Of a stretch of DNA of 64,000 nucleotides, positions 48,688 to 57,673 are shown in pieces; position 1 is the first letter of the stretch; each line of letters starts with the position of its first letter. Below the pieces are notes generated by a model. It was not told where the DNA came from. It saw nothing but the letters and a program-made list of their open reading frames with translations, and did no database searches. This DNA comes from Candidatus Woesebacteria bacterium (GTDB lineage: Bacteria; Patescibacteriota; Microgenomatia; UBA8517). Location of the stretch: assembly GCA_020060565.1 (NCBI GenBank), contig JAGVAE010000003.1, positions 20,072 to 84,071 on the forward strand, given 5' to 3'. The translations under genes and the position numbers were made by a program.

Positions 48688-51600
48688 TGTCTAAATTTGT
48701 CCACCTTCATGTTCACACAGAATATTCCCTTCTTGATGGACTAAGTAATATAAAGAAGCTTTTTGCTCATGTTAAAGAACAAGGAATGGATGCAGTTGCC
48801 ATCACAGATCATGGAGTCATGTATGGAGAAATTGAATTCTATAAAGAAGGTCTAAAACAAGGCATAAAGCCTATACTTGGGATGGAGGGTTATATTACTT
48901 CAGGAGACCTTCATGATCGTCCTGAGCGTACCACACTTCAGAATTATCATCTTTTAATCTTGGCGAAAAATATAGAAGGTTATAATAATTTAATGAAACT
49001 TTCCTCAATTGCACACCTGGAAGGTTTTTACTACCGTCCACGCTTTGATAGGGAAACTCTTAAAAAATATTCTAAAGGTTTGATTGTTACCTCTGCTTGT
49101 CCTGCTGGTGAAGTTGGACAAAGTTTAATAAATGATAACTACAAAGAAGCTAAAAAAATAGTTGAGTGGTATCAAGATGTTTTTAAGGATGACTATTATC
49201 TTGAAATGCAGCGTCACGAGTCAGAAAAATGGATAGATAAAGCAGCCACAACGGAGTTAAAAAACTTAGTTTCAGAGCTTTCTGTCAATGAAAACAAATG
49301 GAATGAAGGTATACTTAAACTCTCGCGTGAATTAGGTGTACCAATAGTGGCTACAAACGATGCTCATTATATTAAACAGGAAGACGCCTTAGCTCAAGAT
49401 GCCCTAGTTTGTGTAGCAACAGGCAAAAACATGAGTGAAACCAAAAGGATGAGATACATTGATACACAAACTTATTATGTTAGAAGTCCAAAAGAAATGG
49501 AGCTTCTTTTTTCAGATCTTCCAGATGCTCTAGAAAACACGGTCAAAATTGCAGATAAATGTAATTTAGAGATTAAACTTGGAGTTTGGAGTTTTCCAAA
49601 ATTTCCACTTCCTAGGGGGGTAAGCGCAGATAAACATTTAAGAAATCTTTCACATAAAGCTTTAAAAGAAAAAATTCCAAATGCTGATAAAGAAGCTGAA
49701 ACCCGTCTTGAACATGAACTTGGAATTATTTGTCAGAAAGGTTACTCACCATATTTCTTAATTGTAAGAGATCTTGCAAACTGGGCCATTTCTCAAGGAA
49801 TAGTAACTAATACTAGAGGTTCTGCAGCAGGAAGTTTAGTCTCATACGTTTTAGGAATTACAACAGTTAATCCACTAACATATTATCTTCCCTTTGAAAG
49901 ATTTCTAAACCCGTACCGTCCCAGCCCTCCAGATATCGATTTTGATGTTGCGGACGATAGACGTGATGAGATTATTGCCTACATTACAAACAAATACGGT
50001 AAAGAAAAAGTAGCACAAATCTGTACTTTTGGAAGAATGTTGTCTCGGGCCGCAGTTAGAGATGTAGCTCGTGTTTTGGGTTACCCATATAATGTAGGAG
50101 ATAGAATAGCCAAAATAATTCCCCCTCCAAAACAAGGGTTCCCAATAACAATAGGTAAAGCCATGGAAGAAGTCCCCGATCTTAAAAGTTTATACAATAG
50201 TGATCCTGATACTAAAAAGGTATTAGATCTGGCTATGCAGGTTGAAGGCTCGGCTCGTCATGTTTCGGTCCACGCAGCAGGATTAGTGGTTGCCCCAACT
50301 GATGTTACAGATTTTGCTCCGATTCAAAAAGAGCCATCTGGAGAAAAAATAATTACTCAATACGAATTTCACACGTGCGAAGAAGTGGGACTTATCAAAT
50401 TTGACATACTAGGAATTCGCAACTTATCTATCCTTGGAGCTGCTATTGATATTGTTGAGGAAAGTGAAGATTTTAGCAGTATTAGGATTGATCTTCACAA
50501 GATTCCACTTGACGATAGAAAGACTTTTGAAATGTTGGCCAAGGGGGAAACCATGGGAGTATTTCAATTCGCGGGTGGTGGCATGACCAAGTACTTAAAA
50601 GAACTTAAACCCAATAGAGTTGAAGACCTCATGGCTATGGTTGCACTCTATCGTCCTGGCCCCATTGCAGTTATTCCTGAATATATTAAAAGAAAGAATA
50701 ATCCAAAACTTGTTAAATATTTGGATCCAAGAATGGAGAGATTTTTAAAAGCCAGTTATGGTCTTATTGTCTATCAAGACGATCTCCTTTTCTGTGCATT
50801 AGATCTAGCAGGTTATACATGGGAAGAAGCAGATAAGTTTAGGAAAGCTGTGGGAAAGAAAATTCCTGAGGAAATGGCAGCCCAGAAAGATAAATTTGTA
50901 AAAGGAATCATCGATAATGGACAAACTGAAAAATTTGCAGAGGAACTTTGGAAACTATTTGAACCGTTCCAATCCTACGGATTTAATAAAGCTCATGCGG
51001 CCTCATATGGGATAGTTGCATATTATACAGCTTATATGAAAGCTAATTACCCTGTGGAATACATGACCGCTCTTTTGACTGCAGAAAGTGGAGATACAGA
51101 GAAAGTTTCAGCAGCTATAAATGAATGTAGACGCATGGGTATTAAGGTTCTTCCTCCAGACATAAACGAAAGTGATACAGGTTTTACTATCATTAAAGAT
51201 AAAGACTCTATAAACAGTAAAGCTATTCGTTTTGGTTTTTCGGCTGTTAAAAATGTAGGGGGGGTTGCAATCGAAATAATACTTGAGGCAAGAAAAACGG
51301 GAAAATTTGAATCATTTTCCGATTTTGTAGGCAGGGTCGATGCACGAAAGGTAAACAAAAAGGTATTAGAAAGTCTAATTAAAGTAGGTGCACTTTCCAA
51401 ATATGGATGTCGTGCAGCACTTCTTGCTTCAATGGATAAAATTAGAGAAAAAATGGTCAAACCCAAAGGGGATGATAACCAACCCGGTTTATTTGCAGTC
51501 ACTGAGATAAAAAATGCGGGGCCAACTGAGGTGGTTACCATTGAAAGTATTCAAGAGTTTACAGAGGATGAACTTCAGAACCTTGAACGTCAACTATTGG

Positions 51601-52175
51601 GTTTTTCTCTTTCTGCAAAGCCAATAAGTGAAGTGATTGGGCCTCTGGAATTTCAATCAACACATAAGATATTTGAAATATCAGCAGATGAGACATATAC
51701 AGATTTAGTTAAAGTTGCGGGAGTCTTAACTGAGGTCAGAGTTATAACGACAAAAAAAACAGGAGCTGAGATGGCATTTGCAAAGGCTGAGGATGGAACT
51801 GGAATTCTAGAACTTGTGGTTTTTCCAAAGATTTTTAAAAACACAAGGGACTTTTGGGTTTCAGGCCAACCCTTACTAATCACGGGAAGAGTTGATGTTC
51901 GAGACGAGTCGCCAAATCTTCTTGTAGAGGCTATCGAAACTATGACTAGTCTCAGTGAAAAGAAAGAACGTGAGGTTTACATAAAAATTCCAAAAACTGT
52001 AGATACAAATACTTTAAAGAAGTTAAAAGAGCTTTTAACTTCGAATATGGGAGATCAAATTGCATATCTTCAATTTGAAGGAGGCAAGAGAGTAAAATTA
52101 TCCTTCAAAATAGCTTGGAATGAGTCTTTAGCCAAAGCCATTGCTGAGTGCCTGGAGATGCGATATAATAACTGA
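48687..52175 (+). CDS. dnaE: DNA polymerase III alpha subunit
   Basis: PHP start FVHLHVHTEYSLLDG; 1162 aa; polIII alpha fingers/palm region; OB fold near the C-terminus. Confidence 0.85.
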   Translation: MSKFVHLHVHTEYSLLDGLSNIKKLFAHVKEQGMDAVAITDHGVMYGEIEFYKEGLKQGIKPILGMEGYITSGDLHDRPERTTLQNYHLLILAKNIEGYNNLMKLSSIAHLEGFYYRPRFDRETLKKYSKGLIVTSACPAGEVGQSLINDNYKEAKKIVEWYQDVFKDDYYLEMQRHESEKWIDKAATTELKNLVSELSVNENKWNEGILKLSRELGVPIVATNDAHYIKQEDALAQDALVCVATGKNMSETKRMRYIDTQTYYVRSPKEMELLFSDLPDALENTVKIADKCNLEIKLGVWSFPKFPLPRGVSADKHLRNLSHKALKEKIPNADKEAETRLEHELGIICQKGYSPYFLIVRDLANWAISQGIVTNTRGSAAGSLVSYVLGITTVNPLTYYLPFERFLNPYRPSPPDIDFDVADDRRDEIIAYITNKYGKEKVAQICTFGRMLSRAAVRDVARVLGYPYNVGDRIAKIIPPPKQGFPITIGKAMEEVPDLKSLYNSDPDTKKVLDLAMQVEGSARHVSVHAAGLVVAPTDVTDFAPIQKEPSGEKIITQYEFHTCEEVGLIKFDILGIRNLSILGAAIDIVEESEDFSSIRIDLHKIPLDDRKTFEMLAKGETMGVFQFAGGGMTKYLKELKPNRVEDLMAMVALYRPGPIAVIPEYIKRKNNPKLVKYLDPRMERFLKASYGLIVYQDDLLFCALDLAGYTWEEADKFRKAVGKKIPEEMAAQKDKFVKGIIDNGQTEKFAEELWKLFEPFQSYGFNKAHAASYGIVAYYTAYMKANYPVEYMTALLTAESGDTEKVSAAINECRRMGIKVLPPDINESDTGFTIIKDKDSINSKAIRFGFSAVKNVGGVAIEIILEARKTGKFESFSDFVGRVDARKVNKKVLESLIKVGALSKYGCRAALLASMDKIREKMVKPKGDDNQPGLFAVTEIKNAGPTEVVTIESIQEFTEDELQNLERQLLGFSLSAKPISEVIGPLEFQSTHKIFEISADETYTDLVKVAGVLTEVRVITTKKTGAEMAFAKAEDGTGILELVVFPKIFKNTRDFWVSGQPLLITGRVDVRDESPNLLVEAIETMTSLSEKKEREVYIKIPKTVDTNTLKKLKELLTSNMGDQIAYLQFEGGKRVKLSFKIAWNESLAKAIAECLEMRYNN

Positions 52176-52177
52176 CT

Positions 52178-52564
52178 ATGGCACTAACAATTACATTTAA
52201 AGATGTTGAATTTGGTGTAGGAGACAAAGTGTGTGTCGTTCAAAAAATTAAGGATGGAGAAAAATTCCGTGAAGCATTTTTTGAGGGCATGGTCCTAAAA
52301 ATCAAAGGAAGAGCTCCGGGAAAAACCATAACTGTAAGAAAGATCGGAGAAGCTGGAATAGGAATAGAACGCATTTTTCCTCTAGAACTTCCTTCATTAG
52401 ATAGGATAATTGTGGTTAAAAATGGAGTAGAAGGAGTTAGGCGTGCCAAGCTTTACTACACCAGAACAAAGTCTCCAACCGAGGTAGAAATGATCTTTAA
52501 AAGGGCTGCCAAAAGAAATGCCGCCAAAACTTCTACTGTCAAGAAACGCTCTTCAAAAAAATAA
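52178..52564 (+). CDS. rplS: 50S ribosomal protein L19
   Basis: GDKVCVVQKIKDGEKFREAFFEGMVLKIKGRAPGKTITVRKIGEAGIGIERIFPLELPSLDRIIVVKNGVEGVRRAKLYYTR matches L19. Confidence 0.85.
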   Translation: MALTITFKDVEFGVGDKVCVVQKIKDGEKFREAFFEGMVLKIKGRAPGKTITVRKIGEAGIGIERIFPLELPSLDRIIVVKNGVEGVRRAKLYYTRTKSPTEVEMIFKRAAKRNAAKTSTVKKRSSKK

Positions 52565-52608
52565 ATAACTAATATATAGTTAATAGTGATGGTAAGGAGG
52601 TGATAATT

Positions 52609-52860
52609 ATGATGTATGGAAATTTAATGAATGCTAGTGCTTTAGGAAATGGAATATTTGGAGCTTGGATGGGAATCTTTTTTGTTCCCTTAATGATTTG
52701 GAGTGTTTGTTGGAAAGGATGGGCACTTTGGAAAGCTGCTCATGCTGAAAGTAAAGTCTGGTTTATAATTCTACTTTTGGTTAACACCATAGGAATACTG
52801 GACATTCTTTACATATTTGTTTTAAGTAAAGGAAAGTCAGCTCCAAAGAAAAAGAAATAA
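52609..52860 (+). CDS. Small two-TM membrane protein (PLDc_N/DUF-like)
   Basis: Strong SD AGGAGGTG 6 nt upstream of the ATG at 52609. Two hydrophobic helices and a Lys-rich tail. Confidence 0.45.
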   Translation: MMYGNLMNASALGNGIFGAWMGIFFVPLMIWSVCWKGWALWKAAHAESKVWFIILLLVNTIGILDILYIFVLSKGKSAPKKKK

Positions 52861-52872
52861 GGTTATAATTAG

Positions 52873-53394
52873 TTGATGCTTATTTTAGGGATTGATCCTG
52901 GTACTGCCACAACAGGTTATGGTGTGGTACGGCTTAATGGCAAGGGTAATGAAGTAGTTACCTGGGGGCTTATTGAAACAAGTAAAACTCTTCTCAAAGA
53001 AAAAAGATTAGATTTCATATTTGAAGAAACTCTAAATCTTCTTAAAATTCACAAGCCTGATGTTTTTGTGTTTGAAAAAGTATTTTTTTCTAATAATGCA
53101 AAAACTGTAATTGCTGTGGGTCAAGCTCAGGGTGCTATTCTTCTTGCAGCAAGTAAAACACATACACATGTTGAAGAATATGCCCCAGGAACAATTAAGA
53201 AAATGATTACGGGTAATGGGCGTGCCAACAAAAAAGAGGTACAGGAACATATAAGAAAGATTTTAGGTAGTCGCGTTAAAAGTGCAAAACATAAAAAAAC
53301 ACATTTTGATAATGCTGCAGATGCTCTTGCAATTGCCTTGACACATGCATTTAAAATAGGTGAAGGTAAAAAGGGGGTGATAAAAGTTGTTTAA
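52873..53394 (+). CDS. ruvC: Holliday junction resolvase RuvC
   Basis: MLILGIDPGTATTGYGVV with catalytic Asp; RNase H-like fold; C-terminal FDNAADALAIALTHA. Confidence 0.85.
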   Translation: MMLILGIDPGTATTGYGVVRLNGKGNEVVTWGLIETSKTLLKEKRLDFIFEETLNLLKIHKPDVFVFEKVFFSNNAKTVIAVGQAQGAILLAASKTHTHVEEYAPGTIKKMITGNGRANKKEVQEHIRKILGSRVKSAKHKKTHFDNAADALAIALTHAFKIGEGKKGVIKVV

Positions 53395-53632
53395 AATAGG
53401 TACAGTTACCCACTATTACGATAAAATTGGCGTAGCCATAATTGAACTTACCAGCACTCTTTCAGTTGGAGACAAAATAAAATTTGTTAGAAATGGAGAA
53501 GATTTATTTTCCGAAATTGTAGAATCTATTCAGGTTGAACACAAAAAACTAGATTCCGCTTCTAGCGGAGATGTGATAGGATTAAAAACTAATGAAGCGG
53601 TTAAAACTGGGGCGGAAGTCTTTAAAGAGTAA
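53387..53632 (+). CDS. Hypothetical small beta-barrel protein (EF-Tu domain-2-like pattern)
   Basis: 81 aa. The G..V..G.I..G.LSVGDKIKF...G.......V.S.......A..GD.IGLK pattern resembles a translation-factor domain II barrel. Confidence 0.35.
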   Translation: MFKIGTVTHYYDKIGVAIIELTSTLSVGDKIKFVRNGEDLFSEIVESIQVEHKKLDSASSGDVIGLKTNEAVKTGAEVFKE

Positions 53633-54029
53633 ATCCCGATCAAATATCGGTGTAAATTGGGACGAAGCTCCTGATATTGCAAAAAGATCTCTTAAATTAA
53701 TAACAGATCTTAAAATGGATTGGATTTTATTTGACAGATTATTCTTCTATAGATCAAACTACAGTAAGGCACGCGCATATGCCAGAACTTGGGGACTTCC
53801 AGCCCTTTGGCAAAGATCCCTTAACGTTGAACCAGGATATATTATTGAAGTTTTAGCAGAACATTTTGATAAATTAAACCAAAGAGAACAAGATAAAGTA
53901 ATTCTTCACGAGCTAACCCACATTCCCCATAACTTTTCAGGTGCACTAGTCCCTCATACACACAGAAAAAAGGGAAGTTTTCGTGATAAACTCAGACAAT
54001 TATATGAAGATTATCGTACTTCACGGTGA
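53592..54029 (+). CDS. Putative zinc metallopeptidase, SprT/YgjP (DUF45)-like
   Basis: HExxH region VILHELTHIPHNFSGALVPHTHRKKGSFRDKL. The start is uncertain: the ORF overlaps the preceding one by 40 nt, and the internal Met of MDWILFD is an alternative. Confidence 0.45.
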   Translation: MKRLKLGRKSLKSKSRSNIGVNWDEAPDIAKRSLKLITDLKMDWILFDRLFFYRSNYSKARAYARTWGLPALWQRSLNVEPGYIIEVLAEHFDKLNQREQDKVILHELTHIPHNFSGALVPHTHRKKGSFRDKLRQLYEDYRTSR

Positions 54030-54642
54030 TGATACTGTAAAAAGCTATGAACGCTTAATGAAGTTTGTGGCAACGGCAAAAAAAAGATCCTGGGATATCA
54101 TATATGATAGTTTTCCCAATACCCCCTCTCTTTTTGGCACTGAAAGACTAATAATTTATAGAGATTATACACTTTTAAGCAAAAATGATATAAAAAACTT
54201 TGATAGATTTGATGGAACCTTAGTTGTTTATCACACCGCGCCCCTTCCTCAAACATTTATAAAACTCATGCCAGCTGACTTTAAAATGGAAAAGTTTGAG
54301 ATGTCTCGCATCCTTTTTTCCTTTCTTGAATCTTTTTATCCAGGAAATCAAATAAAAACAATCAAACTTCTTCACGATTTAACCAAAACGCAACCAATTG
54401 AATTAACCTTCTTCATGTTGGCACGACATTTAAAAGATTTGTATGTAGCCTCCATTGATCCAAAAACAAATCAATACCCCACCTGGCGCCTCTCAAAACT
54501 AAAATCACAATCGGACAAGTTCGGAATAGAAAAACTTAAGCAAATAATCAGTAATCTAAGCGATATTGATATTGAGGTTAAAACAAGTAAAGCTGATTTA
54601 TTAACAGAGCTTGACCTCCTCATGGTCAAACAATTAGAATGA
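54004..54642 (+). CDS. holA: DNA polymerase III delta subunit-like protein (short), putative
   Basis: N-terminal MKIIVLHGDD resembles the HolA N-terminus. The helical C-terminus (LSDIDIEVKTSKADLLTELDLLMV) resembles the delta C-terminal domain. Weak. Confidence 0.35.
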   Translation: MKIIVLHGDDTVKSYERLMKFVATAKKRSWDIIYDSFPNTPSLFGTERLIIYRDYTLLSKNDIKNFDRFDGTLVVYHTAPLPQTFIKLMPADFKMEKFEMSRILFSFLESFYPGNQIKTIKLLHDLTKTQPIELTFFMLARHLKDLYVASIDPKTNQYPTWRLSKLKSQSDKFGIEKLKQIISNLSDIDIEVKTSKADLLTELDLLMVKQLE

Positions 54643-54659
54643 AAACATAAAACACACAA

Positions 54660-56033
54660 ATGGTAATCGACCCTACAATTTTTAGAGACTATGATATTCG
54701 AGCTGTTGCCAATGAACAATTAGATGTTGAGGGTGTAAAAAGAATAGCAGAAGCTATTGTAAAATTCTTCAAACCCAAAAGTATTCAAGTGGGACGTGAT
54801 ATGCGTATAACGTCGCCAGTTTTTCAGAAAGCCTTTATTGATACCATGCTTGACTGCGGTGTAAATGTTACAGATTTAGGATTGGTTTCGACTGATATGC
54901 TTTATTTCGCCTCAGGCACTTATCCAGAGGATATGGCGCTCACCCTAAGTGCCTCACATAACCCACCAGAATATAACGGAATGAAAATGGTTAAAAAAGG
55001 GGCTATTGCGATAAGTGGAGACAGTGGAATTTATGACATTAGAGATTTGGCAATAAGTAATGAGGATCTTGACGTTAAAAGTGAGACGAAAGGCGTACTA
55101 ACTTCACGAAACATAATGAATGAATGGATAACACACCTTTTAACATTTGTTGACCTAAATAAAATGAAAGGCTTTAATGTAGTTTCTGATACGGGTAATG
55201 GAATGGCTGGACATTTTATGCCGAGCCTTGAAGAAAAACTTCCATGGAAAGTAACACGTCTTTTTTATGAATTAGATGGTACTTTTCCTAACCATGTTCC
55301 AAGTCCGATTGAGGAAAAAAATCGCTTAGATTGCATAAACAAAGTCAAGGAAACTGGAGCAGATTTTGGAATGGTTTTTGACGGAGATGGTGATAGAGTT
55401 TTTATGATTGATGAAAAAGGTAGAACTCTTGCTGGAACCATAACAACGGCTATGATAGCTGAAAACTTACTCCAGAAAAACCCTGGAGCAACAATTTTGT
55501 ATAACGCAATTGTGGGCAGAATCGTACCAGAAATTGTTGAAAAAAATGGAGGCAAATCAGAAAGAGTAAGAGTTGGGCATACTTTAATTAAAGAAGCTAT
55601 GCGCCGTACCGATGCAGTCTTTTGTGGGGAGCATTCTGGCCATTACTACTTTAAACAAAATTTCTATGCCGATTCGGCAATCATAGCTGCCTTATTGGTT
55701 AGTGAGCTTATGTCAGTTACGAATAAAAAACTTTCTGAGCTTTACGACGAATATGATAAATATAAAGCTTCAAATGAGATTAATTTTGAAGTAACTGATA
55801 AAGATGGCATTATGAACGAGCTTGAGGAAGAATATAAAGCTACAGCAAAGTCGATTGATAGACTAGATGGTATTTCAATTTGGTTTGATGATTGGTGGTT
55901 TAATGTAAGACCTTCAAATACTGAACCCCTTCTTCGTCTAAACATAGAGGCAAATTCAACCCGCGAGGTTGAATTTAAAATCAAAGACTTAGTCGATCGA
56001 ATCGAGGCAATGGGTGGAAAGGAAAAAGTATAA
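54660..56033 (+). CDS. Alpha-D-phosphohexomutase (phosphoglucosamine/phosphomannomutase family)
   Basis: Active-site phosphoserine loop TLSASHNPPEYNGMK; metal-binding FDGDGDR; sugar-binding GEHSGHYYF. Confidence 0.8.
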   Translation: MVIDPTIFRDYDIRAVANEQLDVEGVKRIAEAIVKFFKPKSIQVGRDMRITSPVFQKAFIDTMLDCGVNVTDLGLVSTDMLYFASGTYPEDMALTLSASHNPPEYNGMKMVKKGAIAISGDSGIYDIRDLAISNEDLDVKSETKGVLTSRNIMNEWITHLLTFVDLNKMKGFNVVSDTGNGMAGHFMPSLEEKLPWKVTRLFYELDGTFPNHVPSPIEEKNRLDCINKVKETGADFGMVFDGDGDRVFMIDEKGRTLAGTITTAMIAENLLQKNPGATILYNAIVGRIVPEIVEKNGGKSERVRVGHTLIKEAMRRTDAVFCGEHSGHYYFKQNFYADSAIIAALLVSELMSVTNKKLSELYDEYDKYKASNEINFEVTDKDGIMNELEEEYKATAKSIDRLDGISIWFDDWWFNVRPSNTEPLLRLNIEANSTREVEFKIKDLVDRIEAMGGKEKV

Positions 56034-56041
56034 GAAATAAT

Positions 56042-57064
56042 ATGAACGAAAATATTGATTCAATGGAAATTGGAAAAGCCCTAACACTTTTTTCGGAACA
56101 AATAAAAACCACGTACGAACAGTCTCTAACTTCAAACATAGAACCCATGGAATTTGATAATGTTGTAATTTCAGGTATGGGTGGAAGCAGCAATGCAGGT
56201 AAAATCATTCAGAGTTTGCTTGAAAAAGATTCTCAAAAACCCATTTTTATTTTTAATGATTATGGACTTCCAGCTTGGGTTAATGAGAAAACTCTTGTTG
56301 TATTAAATTCATATTCGGGAAACACCGAAGAAACTTTTTCCGCATATGAGGCTGTTAAAAATATCGGCTGCAAGGTAATTGGGGTAACAACTGGCGGAAA
56401 AGTTGCTGAAATGATAAATAGTGGTGAAATAAAAGGAGCGATTGTAACAGCAAATGATACAAATCCATCAGGCTATCCAAAATCAGGCTTAGGTCTTTCA
56501 TTTGGAGTGCTTTTTGGAGCTTTAAGTAAAGTTGGTTTGATAAAAATTAGTAAAGACGAACTTTACAGCGCACTGGATGAAGTAATTAAAATTCGAGAAA
56601 CTTGGAATGTAGAGGAAATTGCAAAGTGGTCAGCTGACTGTTTGCCAGTGTTTTTTGCTGCCAGGCCGTTCTTGGGTCCTTTAAATGCTGCACGTAACGG
56701 TTGTTGTGAAATAGGACGCGTTTATACTCAATTTTATGATTTTCCAGAAATGAATCATGTTTTAATAGAAGCATTGGCTCGTCCTGAAACAGCAAAAAAG
56801 AATAAATATATATTTTTTGAAAGCAATTTTGATAATCAAAGAATAAAAATAAGATATGAGATAACAAAAAAGCTAATGGAAGAGCAAGGCTTAACCCACA
56901 TGTCATATAACCTTAAAGGTTCAACATTTTTAGCACAGTCTTTAGAGCTTGCCCATTTTGGTGCTTGGTTGGGATTTCACTATTCAATGATAAGGGGAGA
57001 GGATCCAGGTCCTGAACCTTGGATAATAAAGCTCAAAGAATCACTTTCACAACCAGTGCATTAG
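56042..57064 (+). CDS. Bifunctional phosphoglucose/phosphomannose isomerase (SIS family, archaeal type)
   Basis: VISGMGGSSNAGKI SIS motif; about 340 aa with two SIS lobes; placed within a glycolytic cluster. Confidence 0.65.
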   Translation: MNENIDSMEIGKALTLFSEQIKTTYEQSLTSNIEPMEFDNVVISGMGGSSNAGKIIQSLLEKDSQKPIFIFNDYGLPAWVNEKTLVVLNSYSGNTEETFSAYEAVKNIGCKVIGVTTGGKVAEMINSGEIKGAIVTANDTNPSGYPKSGLGLSFGVLFGALSKVGLIKISKDELYSALDEVIKIRETWNVEEIAKWSADCLPVFFAARPFLGPLNAARNGCCEIGRVYTQFYDFPEMNHVLIEALARPETAKKNKYIFFESNFDNQRIKIRYEITKKLMEEQGLTHMSYNLKGSTFLAQSLELAHFGAWLGFHYSMIRGEDPGPEPWIIKLKESLSQPVH

Positions 57065-57112
57065 GAAAAATTAACAAATAATCTTGACTATAAAAACTTT
57101 TGATGTTATAAA

Positions 57113-57580
57113 GTGGCCATGCATGAAATGGAATCAGAAACACAAACTCCCGAACATTTAATAACAAGTGTTGGAGTTGAAGATGCGGTAATTCGTTTTT
57201 TCGAGGGGATTGATCTTAAGCATAATGGAACATTTTTCATAAAAAATAAAAAAATTAATGTATCTTACGAGGAAAAAAGATTGAGAGTGGAGGCTCGTGT
57301 AGACGGAATTACTATTGCAGTTATACACCGGAATTACAATAGAGGATATTCAGCTTATTTTAGATTGCTGAGTGAAGAAGATACTAACGGAATAAGAGAT
57401 GAAGTAGTCTACAATAGAGGAATATTTGGGGGTGGAACTATAGATTTGTATAGAGGTCCTGGCATTGATTTAAGTCAAAAGGAATTAGCACGAACTCAAG
57501 CTAAGAAATTAGAAATAGCAAAACGTCTAAATATAGAGTTGAACGTTCCCACTTCTTTCAAAACTTATAATTTGAAATAG
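57113..57580 (+). CDS. Hypothetical protein
   Basis: 155-aa ORF; no recognisable motifs. Confidence 0.35.
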   Translation: MAMHEMESETQTPEHLITSVGVEDAVIRFFEGIDLKHNGTFFIKNKKINVSYEEKRLRVEARVDGITIAVIHRNYNRGYSAYFRLLSEEDTNGIRDEVVYNRGIFGGGTIDLYRGPGIDLSQKELARTQAKKLEIAKRLNIELNVPTSFKTYNLK

Positions 57581-57673
57581 AAATATACCCAGGATGTGTA
57601 TTGGTTTGAGCCATGGATACCAAAATTAAAAACATTACTTTCACAACCTATTCACTAAATGGTATAGTTAAGT

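Noticed and set aside
52568-52585. AT-rich palindrome TAACTA-ATATAT-TAGTTA downstream of rplS
   Set aside because: The stem is too weak and AT-only to call a terminator or operator. Noted only.
54004-54642. Confident holA assignment
   Set aside because: Only N- and C-terminal resemblance at 219 aa, against about 330 aa typical. Kept as a low-confidence feature rather than a finding.
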